This document shows, piece after piece, positions 49,874 to 58,457 of a stretch of DNA of 64,000 bases. Below the pieces are notes generated by a model. The model had not been told where the DNA came from, searched no databases, and worked only from the letters and a program-made list of their open reading frames with translations. Source of the stretch: an uncultured candidate division Zixibacteria bacterium (GTDB lineage: Bacteria > Zixibacteria > MSB-5A5 > GN15 > FEB-12); the NCBI GenBank assembly GCA_963664195.1, contig OY760907.1:1888001-1952000 (forward strand), in the 5' to 3' direction. Position 1 is the first letter of the stretch. The number at the start of each line of letters is the position of its first letter. Position numbers and translations under genes: made by a program.

Positions 49874-50528
49874 GGGGACAGCAAAACAACGACGGTGGGT
49901 GCTCTCCGCCACATTAATAGTAGTGGTTGCCTTGTTGATTGTTGTCGTCCGACTGGTCGAAGATATTGGCCCGGAACGTCATCCCGGTGATCGGTTTTTG
50001 GTGGCAAAGATTCTCGACGGTGACACGGTTGAACTCGCCGGCGGCGACCGGTTGAGGCTTTTGGCTATCGACACGCCGGAAGAGGGAGAGCGCTACCATG
50101 ACGAGGCGGCCGAATTGCTCAAACGGCTGGTCCTCGGTCGCACGGCTACCATTGAGTTTGCCGACAAACGTCGAGATCGCTACGGCCGGTTGCTCGGCTA
50201 TCTGTACATTGATTCTGCCTTCATTAATAGGACGCTTATAGATTCCGGCCTGGCGTATGTTTATCTTTTCAAGGACAACGATTTAGACAGCCCCCAAATC
50301 GCCGCCCTCTTGGATGCGCAGAAAGGGGCGATTGATCGCGATGTTGGACTCTGGTCGATTGAGCGCGAGCCGGAGGATTACTATCTTTCGCCGCCGGGAT
50401 CATTCCGCTTGCACCGTCCCGGGTGCCGCTCGGTGGAGAACTGCGACAACGGTCGATGCCGGGAGTTTTTGACTCGTGAGGAAGGTCTGGCAACCGGCCT
50501 CTCACCCTGCCGCAACTGCAAACCGTAG
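49860..50528 (+). CDS. Membrane-anchored thermonuclease (SNase) with C-terminal Ada-like Zn-binding domain
   Basis: ILDGDT, RLLAIDTPE, DRYGRLLGY; HRPGC..PCRNCKP. Confidence 0.9.
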   Translation: MNRRRGTAKQRRWVLSATLIVVVALLIVVVRLVEDIGPERHPGDRFLVAKILDGDTVELAGGDRLRLLAIDTPEEGERYHDEAAELLKRLVLGRTATIEFADKRRDRYGRLLGYLYIDSAFINRTLIDSGLAYVYLFKDNDLDSPQIAALLDAQKGAIDRDVGLWSIEREPEDYYLSPPGSFRLHRPGCRSVENCDNGRCREFLTREEGLATGLSPCRNCKP

Positions 50529-50540
50529 GGTTATCATACA

Positions 50541-50573
50541 AAAAGCCACTTCGCTATACGGCAAAGTGGCTTA
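50541..50573. terminator. Probable bidirectional terminator
   Basis: AAGCCACTT..AAGTGGCTT inverted repeat between convergent genes. Confidence 0.65.
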
Positions 50574-50613
50574 AAGTACGTTGCGTGACAATTACCCTGT
50601 CGCGTCGTGGGTG

Positions 50614-52230
50614 CTATTTCAGCATCATCATCTTTTTCGTCTGCACCTGATCACCTGCCTTTACGCGGTAGAAATACACGCCCGATGATACCGGCTTGCC
50701 GGCGTCGTTTGTGCCGTTCCAAACCGCTGTGTGATCGCCTGCCGGTTTGGTGCCCTCAAATACGGTCGTTATCTTTTGCCCGAGGACGTTGAAGACCTCG
50801 ACAGACACGTCCGCCCGACTCGGCAGTGAGTAGCTAAACGAAGTGCTCGGATTGAACGGGTTCGGATAGTTCTGGGAGACTGCAAACCCGGCGGGGACCA
50901 CAGGTGATTGGGTTTCGCCTACATCGGTCGGTATCATCGAAGAGGCATTCAATATAGCTCGCAGGGCGGTCAGTGAAGTAAGCCGGTCTGTGTCCTGACC
51001 AACGGCCATCTTGATCACTATCTGCTGCGAGTCACCGGGATTGAAGTCGAGCGGACCGAAGGATACAAGCATCTTCTTTTCGGATGGCATTGTGTCAATA
51101 TCTCCGGTGCCGGTGACCGGATCTCCGGGGTAGTGGAAATGCGTCCCGTTGGCGGGCAGTGAGCTGTCCATTTCCATCCCCATCATGATGTTGTAGGTTT
51201 GCCAGGCGCTGTCCGGGTCGCGCGGGAACCCGCCGCCGCCGTAGATCTGGAACCCGGTCATGTTGAGATTTTCGTAGTCAGGCAATTCGTATCCGCAGAA
51301 CGATGCTGTGTCGCCCATTGAGGGTTCCACCGGCCCGGCCAACACTTTGGCGCCGATAGCGGGAGGGGTCACTCCGTAATTAGCAGTGCTGCCCGAGGAA
51401 TCATTGTTGTCACCGTTATAGCAGAAAATTACGTTGTCGAGCGTGTCGCAGCCGAAAACGTCATCTTCGGCGTTCCCGAGGTCGGTGTCCATCCAGAAGC
51501 TGACGTAGAAGTCGTCGATGTCATTGCCCCCCTTGTTGTACATCTTGTACATGACATAGACCACGGCTTCCTCACCCACGGCATCCGAGGACCACACGGT
51601 CTGATGAACCTCGACACCAAGCGGCGCCGTACTCCCGCCCGTGTTCACCACATGTTGGGCCGGGTTGGCGTCGTTGAACACGGACCACAGGGTTTGATCT
51701 CCCATTGAGAGCGGAAGGCCGTCGCGGTCAACCGGAGCGCCGTCGGCAACGGGCCAATCGGTGTAGTCCTGATTGGGGTTGCCGGCCAGACTGTCGGCGT
51801 ACAGCTTATAGACGCGGTAAGACGACACCGTGTCGGCATCGGCGATGAAGGTTCCTCCGGCCATCGGACCCGGCCAGAATTCCTGTGCGAACTCGGCCAT
51901 GGCCACCCGGATTTCTCCACTGACCTTGCCCCCCATCCAAAGACCTGCGGCGTAGAGCGGCGAGTGAGCATTGGTGCCGTCGATTATGGCATCGGTGGTT
52001 GTGAACGGATAAAACGTGCCAACGTCATATCCGAAAACATCCGACAAATCGCGTCCGAGTGCTCCTGTGTTTGTCACGAACATGAGAATCGAGTTTGCGT
52101 CGACATAAGTCGCTTGGTCAACCGAGAGGGGTGCAGTCTCCCCGCCAACCCCCTTCTGGCCTGCCAGGACCGGCACTAAAGCCGCCAGCACCAACGTTAC
52201 GAGAACGATCGTTAGCTCTTTGTACTTCAT
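50614..52230 (-). CDS. Secreted protein with C-terminal FlgD-Ig / T9SS-type-A-like sorting domain
   Basis: Signal peptide; QNYPNPFNPST..VFNVLGQ..WNG..SSGVYFYR..TKKMMMLK; AGAGGAG RBS. Confidence 0.88.
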   Translation of the reverse strand: MKYKELTIVLVTLVLAALVPVLAGQKGVGGETAPLSVDQATYVDANSILMFVTNTGALGRDLSDVFGYDVGTFYPFTTTDAIIDGTNAHSPLYAAGLWMGGKVSGEIRVAMAEFAQEFWPGPMAGGTFIADADTVSSYRVYKLYADSLAGNPNQDYTDWPVADGAPVDRDGLPLSMGDQTLWSVFNDANPAQHVVNTGGSTAPLGVEVHQTVWSSDAVGEEAVVYVMYKMYNKGGNDIDDFYVSFWMDTDLGNAEDDVFGCDTLDNVIFCYNGDNNDSSGSTANYGVTPPAIGAKVLAGPVEPSMGDTASFCGYELPDYENLNMTGFQIYGGGGFPRDPDSAWQTYNIMMGMEMDSSLPANGTHFHYPGDPVTGTGDIDTMPSEKKMLVSFGPLDFNPGDSQQIVIKMAVGQDTDRLTSLTALRAILNASSMIPTDVGETQSPVVPAGFAVSQNYPNPFNPSTSFSYSLPSRADVSVEVFNVLGQKITTVFEGTKPAGDHTAVWNGTNDAGKPVSSGVYFYRVKAGDQVQTKKMMMLK

Positions 52231-52403
52231 ACGCTGATCTCCTCTTCCTGAGTTCTGAACAGAGATAGTCAATGTTTAATATAGACGCACGGTGGTGATT
52301 CCTGTCAACTAATAAGCGGTACGGGAGAATCGGCCCAGAGGTTCATTTTGTCGCGGCCATCTTTCAGCTTGTCTCGACGGCTGTTTCGGGCGTTTATTGT
52401 CAC

Positions 52404-53051
52404 ATGATGACCCGTGCCTTATTTGGAATCCTAAACCTGTGTCTGACAGTTGCTTTCACGCTTGTTCCGGCGATTGCCTACGGCGGGCAGACCTGGGATG
52501 AGATGATCATCGTTCCGGAGGACGCCGCCCGGGCACAGAATGTTCGCGTCTGGTTGGCCCAGGAACAGGCTCAAAGCTGTACGCTGAAGGTCGAGATCGT
52601 CGATTCCACCGGCACGCCAATCCGTTTGTTGCTGGATAGGGAGATACGCCCCGGTTATTTCAACCTGTATTGGGACCGTCGCGATGACGCCGGTAACTTT
52701 GTGCCCACCGGACAATACGGCTATCGAGTCAACGACTGCGGTGGCAACCGAACCGGCATCCTCACGGTAGAGTACAAGAAATATGAGTTGACCAGCGTTC
52801 TGTATGTGGACAAACTCGCCGATTCCAGCCTGATCGAAATCGCATTGGGCGAGGATTCGGTGACGGTGAGCCTTGAAATCCGGGATCGCCGTAACGATCG
52901 GTTGCTCACTGTTGTCACGGATACGGTCATGGCCGCCGGAATGCACCGTATGCCGGTTAGACCGATCAAGGCCCCGGCCCGAAGCTCGGTCAAATATGTC
53001 GTTCTCTATGTTGGTGAGTCGGCCATTCTCAAGGAGGTCACACTCGAATGA
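52404..53051 (+). CDS. Exported FlgD-Ig-like domain protein
   Basis: Signal peptide; PGYFNLYWDRRDDAGNFVPTGQY. Confidence 0.75.
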   Translation: MMTRALFGILNLCLTVAFTLVPAIAYGGQTWDEMIIVPEDAARAQNVRVWLAQEQAQSCTLKVEIVDSTGTPIRLLLDREIRPGYFNLYWDRRDDAGNFVPTGQYGYRVNDCGGNRTGILTVEYKKYELTSVLYVDKLADSSLIEIALGEDSVTVSLEIRDRRNDRLLTVVTDTVMAAGMHRMPVRPIKAPARSSVKYVVLYVGESAILKEVTLE

Positions 53052-53512
53052 CGGCACGTCACTCTTCATTGTTGCTTCTACTTGCCCTGGTTGCTGTTCT
53101 TACGGGTTGCGGCCGGTACTCAGGATCGGCAGTAGAGCAGTCGGACCAGCCACCGGCGGCAGTTGAAACCGTCTGGGTTGATCCGGAGATTGTCTTTTCG
53201 GATTCTCTGGTGACGCTGATTCGTTCGGATCGGGTCGATTCCATAGCCGCTGATCCTTCCGCGACGGCAAACCACCGATCCCCATCGGTCGAAGTATTCG
53301 TGTATGAGCCTGCCTGCAACGTCGCGGTGAGTATTCTCGACGCTGAACTTCGGCTCGTTCATCCGCTCATGATCCGAACCCTCAAGACCGGATTCTACAA
53401 GTTGACGGTGACCCCGCGAAGTTTCCGGCCGCTGCCGCTTCGTCCGGGCGAGTATTTCCTCCATGCCGATTACTGTGGCAGGACGAAATCAGTCCTTTTT
53501 CGGGTCGACTGA
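53048..53512 (+). CDS. Hypothetical lipoprotein with Ig-like C-terminus
   Basis: Lipobox LTGC; ATGA overlap with upstream gene. Confidence 0.7.
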   Translation: MTARHSSLLLLLALVAVLTGCGRYSGSAVEQSDQPPAAVETVWVDPEIVFSDSLVTLIRSDRVDSIAADPSATANHRSPSVEVFVYEPACNVAVSILDAELRLVHPLMIRTLKTGFYKLTVTPRSFRPLPLRPGEYFLHADYCGRTKSVLFRVD

Positions 53513-53672
53513 TCCGGGTTAGTCTTCCTCATGCTCTCTCCTTCGGAGAGTTGTCTAATCTTTGCACAAGCTAATGCCTTATCCACAGCCGCGATCCGCC
53601 GATAATTAAGGGTAGTTCCCCATACGTAGATTCGGGGGAGTGGAAGGTGAATTTCGGCTCCGAGGAGTAAAA

Positions 53673-55043
53673 ATGCCCAATATTCTGGTTGTCGACGATA
53701 AAGACTCCATGCGCAACATGCTGTTCGAGACGCTCTCAGAGGAGGGCTATCGTGTTGACTCTGCCAACCACGGCCAGCAGGCACTCGATCTTGTCAAAAA
53801 CAAATCGTACGACCTCGTTCTGACAGATCTTCGGATGCCTGATGTCGACGGACTCCAGGTGTTGGAGCAAGTGAAGGAAGTCGATGCTGATACTTCTGTG
53901 ATCATTATGACCGCCTACGGTACTATCGAGGATGCGGTTGCGGCGATGAAACACGGGGCGTATGACTTTATCACCAAGCCGTTTGACACCGAGCACCTCT
54001 GTGTGCTGGTCGGACGGGCGCTGGAAAATCGACGGCTCCGCGCCGAAACGGATCTGCTTCGTTCGGAAATACTTGCCAATCACGCGATTGAAAATATCAT
54101 TGGTGTAGACCCAAAAATGAAAGAGCTGGGGCAAATGGTCCATAAGGTGGCCGGATCGGATGCCTCGGTGCTGCTTCAGGGAGAGTCCGGGACCGGTAAG
54201 GAACTGTTTGCCCGGGCGATTCACAACCTGTCGCCGCGTAAGGACGGACCCTATATCACCATCAACTGCGCCGCGATCCCCGGTGAACTCCTGGAAAACG
54301 AACTGTTTGGTTCGGAGAAGGGTGCCTACACCGGGGCGCACGCGCGTAAAATGGGGAAATTCGAAATCGCGAACAGCGGGACGATCTTTCTAGACGAAAT
54401 CGGTGATATGGAAATCCAGCTCCAGGCCAAATTACTCCGCGTACTTCAGCAGAAAACGTTCGAGCGGTTGGGCGGAACAAAGACGGTCGATGTTGACGTC
54501 CGAGTAATCGCTGCTACTAATATGGATTTGCCGGAGTTGATTCGCCAGAAGAATTTCCGTGAGGATTTGTACTATCGACTGTCAGTTTTTCCGCTGGTCA
54601 TCCCGCCGCTGAGGGAGAGGCCGGGCGATGTTCATCTGTTAGTGGACTGTTTCCTCGACAAGTATTGCCGCGAGATGAAAAAGCCGGCCAAGTCGCTCAC
54701 CAAGGACGCCCAGGGGATTATGGAAAAATACCATTGGCCGGGCAACGTGCGCGAACTTGAGAACACAATCGAACGCGCCGTAATTCTCGCCGAGGGCAAG
54801 AAAGTGACGCCGGAACATCTGGCGATACGCCTCAGACGCACCAACGAAATCCGACTTCGCGACGGTGCGGGATTGAAGGAGATCGGCGCTCATGCTCAGG
54901 CGCAGGCGGAGCGTGGGACGATCATACGGATTTTGAAAGAGGTCCGTGGGAACAAGCGGAAGTGTGCGAAGATATTGAAGATCGACTACACGACGTTGTT
55001 CGACAAGATCAAGAAGTACAGTATCGACAAGGACATTGCCTGA
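53673..55043 (+). CDS. NtrC-family sigma54-dependent response regulator
   Basis: REC (ILVVDD, DLRMP), GESGTGKE, ELFG..GAYTGA, FLDEIG, WPGNVREL, C-terminal HTH. Confidence 0.95.
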   Translation: MPNILVVDDKDSMRNMLFETLSEEGYRVDSANHGQQALDLVKNKSYDLVLTDLRMPDVDGLQVLEQVKEVDADTSVIIMTAYGTIEDAVAAMKHGAYDFITKPFDTEHLCVLVGRALENRRLRAETDLLRSEILANHAIENIIGVDPKMKELGQMVHKVAGSDASVLLQGESGTGKELFARAIHNLSPRKDGPYITINCAAIPGELLENELFGSEKGAYTGAHARKMGKFEIANSGTIFLDEIGDMEIQLQAKLLRVLQQKTFERLGGTKTVDVDVRVIAATNMDLPELIRQKNFREDLYYRLSVFPLVIPPLRERPGDVHLLVDCFLDKYCREMKKPAKSLTKDAQGIMEKYHWPGNVRELENTIERAVILAEGKKVTPEHLAIRLRRTNEIRLRDGAGLKEIGAHAQAQAERGTIIRILKEVRGNKRKCAKILKIDYTTLFDKIKKYSIDKDIA

Positions 55044-55119
55044 TCTGAATAGCTAACGATTCGATCGAGAGTCGACGAAACGATAACAGCTCGCTATGAC
55101 CCAATAGCGCTGTATGCTG

Positions 55120-55149
55120 AAAACCCGCCTGAGAGGGCGGGTTTTTTTT
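55120..55149. terminator. Bidirectional intrinsic terminator
   Basis: AAAACCCGCC-tgagag-GGCGGGTTTTTTTT. Confidence 0.85.
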
Positions 55150-55355
55150 GTGGGTGGCTGCCTACTAGATCAATTGTCCAAGTTAGCGATGACAGACCCT
55201 GAGATTTCCTTGCCCTCTGGTTTAGCATGAAAAGTGACTTTGCGATAATGCCTGCAGGAGTAGCGGAGAAACTCATCTATCTGGTCAAGATCGATATCGC
55301 CCTTTTCCAGGTCTTCGGGGTGTATACTGATTATCAGCCTTTCGGCCACATCCAA

Positions 55356-56673
55356 GGGCATGTAAGTATTTTTGTGTAAGCGGCCATGATGTATATTGGA
55401 TTGAAGGAGGATACGCATGGCCAAGAAGCTCGACAATGCAGACAAGCTTATCGATGAAATGATCGCCGGGAAGACGCCCGAGGAGATAGTCGGCGAGGGC
55501 GGTCTTCTCGAAGCGCTTACGAAACGCGTCTACGAACGCGCCCTCGAAGGCGAGATGACGCACCATCTGGGCTACCCCCCCAAAGCCCCCGAGGGCCGCA
55601 ACAGCGGCAACTCCCGCAACGGCAAGACCACCAAGACAGTTAAGACCGGGGCCGAGGATGTGAACTTAGCGATTCCCCGGGACCGCAACGGCCAGTTCGA
55701 GCCACAGCTGGTCAAAAAGCATCAGCGTCGCCTGCCGGGTTTCGACGACAAGGTACTGGCGCTGTATGCTCGTGGGCTTTCGACCCGTGATATCCAGGGT
55801 CATCTTGAGGAGATGTACGGATCGGCCGTGTCGCCGGCGTTGATATCGGCGGTGACGGACGCAGTTTTGGAGGAGGTGACGGCGTGGCAGAACCGTCCGT
55901 TGGAGCCGGTGTATCCGATCGTGTACCTTGATGCCATCCACCTGAAGATGCGTCACAGCGGGCAGATCAAGAACCAGGCAGTGTATCTGGCTCTGGGGAT
56001 CAACCGTGAGGGCGGCAAGGAGTTACTGGGGTTGTGGGTCGGCGAGCACGAGGGGGCCAAGTTCTGGTTGAACGTGCTGACCCAGTTGAAGAACCGTGGG
56101 GTGCAGGACATCCTGATTGCCTGTGTGGACGGTCTGAGCGGTTTCCCCGACGCGATCGAGGCGGCCTATCCGAAGGCGCAGGTGCAGTTGTGCATCGTGC
56201 ACATGGTGCGCAACTCGCTGAAGTATGTCTCCTGGAAACAGCGCAAGGCGGTGGCCGCCGATCTCAAGAGTGTTTATTCGGCGCCCAACGTGGAGGCCGC
56301 CGAGGAGGCCCTGGCCGCGCTTGAGGCCCGGTATGAGGACAGCTTCCCGCAAATCGCGCGCTCGTGGCGATCCTGCTGGGTGAACATCATTCCGTTTTTT
56401 GACTATCCGCCGGCGATTCGGAAAGTTATCTATACGACTAATGCGATTGAATCGATGAACGCTCAGCTGCGGAAAGTTACGAGAAATCGCGGCTCGTTTC
56501 CGACCGCCGACTCGGTGAGGAAGGTGCTGTATTTGGCGATACAGAGAATCTCGATGAAGTGGAAACGACCGATCAAAGACTGGGTGGCGGCACTCAACCA
56601 CTTCAGCATCATGTTTGAGGGAAGAATCTGACAACCGTGAAAAGGCTGCTTACACAAAATTCTGTACAGACCC
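55356..56673 (+). mobile_element. IS256-family insertion sequence (1318 bp)
   Basis: IRL GGGCATGTAAGTATTTTTGTGTAAGCGGCC and IRR (rc) GGGTCTGTACAGAATTTTGTGTAAGCAGCC; 8-bp direct repeat ACATCCAA at 55348-55355 and 56674-56681. Confidence 0.95.
55417..56631 (+). CDS. IS256-family DDE transposase
   Basis: RNG..K, PRDRNGQFEP, VYLDA, ACVDGL, QLCIVH, YTTNAIESMN. Confidence 0.97.
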   Translation: MAKKLDNADKLIDEMIAGKTPEEIVGEGGLLEALTKRVYERALEGEMTHHLGYPPKAPEGRNSGNSRNGKTTKTVKTGAEDVNLAIPRDRNGQFEPQLVKKHQRRLPGFDDKVLALYARGLSTRDIQGHLEEMYGSAVSPALISAVTDAVLEEVTAWQNRPLEPVYPIVYLDAIHLKMRHSGQIKNQAVYLALGINREGGKELLGLWVGEHEGAKFWLNVLTQLKNRGVQDILIACVDGLSGFPDAIEAAYPKAQVQLCIVHMVRNSLKYVSWKQRKAVAADLKSVYSAPNVEAAEEALAALEARYEDSFPQIARSWRSCWVNIIPFFDYPPAIRKVIYTTNAIESMNAQLRKVTRNRGSFPTADSVRKVLYLAIQRISMKWKRPIKDWVAALNHFSIMFEGRI

Positions 56674-57397
56674 ACATCCAACGTCTTGGAGGCTTCGATG
56701 TAGCTGTGGATGATTTCTCTTACTATCTTCGACCTGGTTAGATCGCTTATCCGGCCGTGCCCCGTTCCAATGAGAGGAACCGTGACCGCAGAGTTACGTC
56801 CCGATTCTTCTGCGATGTATACCCAGAGTTTCATTATGCTAAGCAAGACATCGTTAACCGCTGACTCTACTCTATTGTTATCCTTCTTCTTCGAGTTGAC
56901 CAGCAGGTAGAACAACTTATCTCTCTGTTCGATTTCGACGGTTGTGCCCATATCGTGCGCACCTGAGCAGTCTATCTTTCGAGATATGTCTCCTGCCAAG
57001 TGTTCGTCCTTGCCTGCGTAATACTGTGAGATCATTCTACTTAACAGGCTTCTTGACTTTTTGACATTACCCCCCATGGAAACATCAAATCGGTCATTGA
57101 CAGGAATCACCAGAGCACCATTGTTGTCAAATGCGTCCCCAACTCTTATTTCTACAAAACTGTCTTTGTCCCTCAGTTTATAGGAGAAGGCGGTCTTTGG
57201 CTTGTTCCTAAGAATTGCGATTAGGAAGATAATGCAAAGAGCAACGAGGAAGAATGCAATACTTTTGGTCAGCGAGTCTGTTTCGCCGTCAGTTGAATGG
57301 CTAGCTATCTCCACAAACAACCAGAACAGTCCCACTAGCGTGACGGTGTCACTCAAGATCGACTTGTAGTTACGCGCCCATCTCTTTAGCAGTGATT

Positions 57398-57901
57398 TCA
57401 TAGACCCAAGCTCTTGTAAACAGTGTCTTTGTAATAGAATGGTCCCGTCTTGTACTCCTTTCTATAGCTAGCGTCCGATGCTACCCAGTTATTGATAGCA
57501 TATTCCATGATCCTCTGGTTGAAGCTAATGTGCACGGCAAGTTCATCGGCTACTATTGGGGGACACAGGTTTGAATCCATGCTCCGCTTACCATTCAGAT
57601 TCACGACGACAATAGGTCTCTGCCTTGCTATTGCCTGTTCGATCTCCCAACGAACGAACTTGTAGAGGAACCTTGTGTTACTGCCTACGAGTAGCACAAA
57701 GACTTTCGTGCCTCTTAGTCTCTCTGATAGTTTGGCTTTAATCGTGTGCTCCGATGACCATGACATTAGATTGTTCAGGTCGTGTGCATCATAAAAGTTG
57801 AACGACGTGTTATCGTTCTTCTTCCACGCCTGCATGAGACGATAGTAATGAATGTCATTGTCTGCGTCGAAAGCCACATAGGTCTTGTTTGCATACACCA
57901 T
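57398..57901 (-). CDS. thsB: Thoeris ThsB TIR-like domain protein
   Basis: NKTYVAFDADNDIHYYRLMQAWK, FYDAHD, VLLVG, VRWEIE (catalytic Glu); ATGA overlap with thsA. Confidence 0.88.
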   Translation of the reverse strand: MVYANKTYVAFDADNDIHYYRLMQAWKKNDNTSFNFYDAHDLNNLMSWSSEHTIKAKLSERLRGTKVFVLLVGSNTRFLYKFVRWEIEQAIARQRPIVVVNLNGKRSMDSNLCPPIVADELAVHISFNQRIMEYAINNWVASDASYRKEYKTGPFYYKDTVYKSLGL

Positions 57902-58457
57902 TGTGCTCTGCTCTCTTCATATGATAGTCAGGTAAGCCCTTGGCCGTACGCAGGAACCCGTCGGCTTGCCGCGGGTTTCTACATGACGCTATCTTGCTAA
58001 GTAACGTTCCCCGTAACACCACAAAGAAGACTCAACTATCAACGACTGTCAAGTGTTTTTTGCGATGTGTGAGAAGCGAATCCGCAGCGCACCCTTCGAC
58101 AGGCTCAGGGTGACGGATTCGTTCTGTCCCCAATCCCACCCTCCCCGGTGGCCCAGCCCGTGCCTCGGGTGGGGCCACCCGTCCAACAACGCACTACCGC
58201 GTCAATCCATCAATCTCCAGCACAATCCTTCCCTCGCCCCGATACCAGTTGTAGCTCGACCACGGCCAGTCCGAAGGATGTGCAGCCAATCCTCGTCGGG
58301 CCGGATTCTTGTGACAATACGCAATCTTCTGCAGCACATCTTCAGTCGTGCGGCAATTGTGATCGTAGCACCGTCTCTGCCACAGGGCACGGCGGCCGTT
58401 GGTCCCACGGGTCTATGTCCCCTGCGATCACCGATGCGTCGTGCGGGTCGGTGCAAC

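Larger units (their letters stand above)
55170..57401 (-). pseudogene. thsA: Thoeris ThsA (two TM + Macro domain), interrupted by IS256
   Basis: TM helices, VGDAF..LVIPVNDRFD, VPLIGTGHGR macro motifs; removing the IS and one TSD fuses ...SKTLDV to AERLIISIHP...ANLDN*, giving a 301-aa ORF. Confidence 0.85.

Noticed and set aside
54320..54340. GAYTGA instead of GAFTGA in the sigma54 activator
   Set aside because: F-to-Y is a known natural variant, so it is not notable alone.
56463..56673. C-terminal extension GLYRILCKQ... of the 312-aa ORF
   Set aside because: Read-through into the IS256 right end; the true ThsA C-terminus is at 55170-55347.
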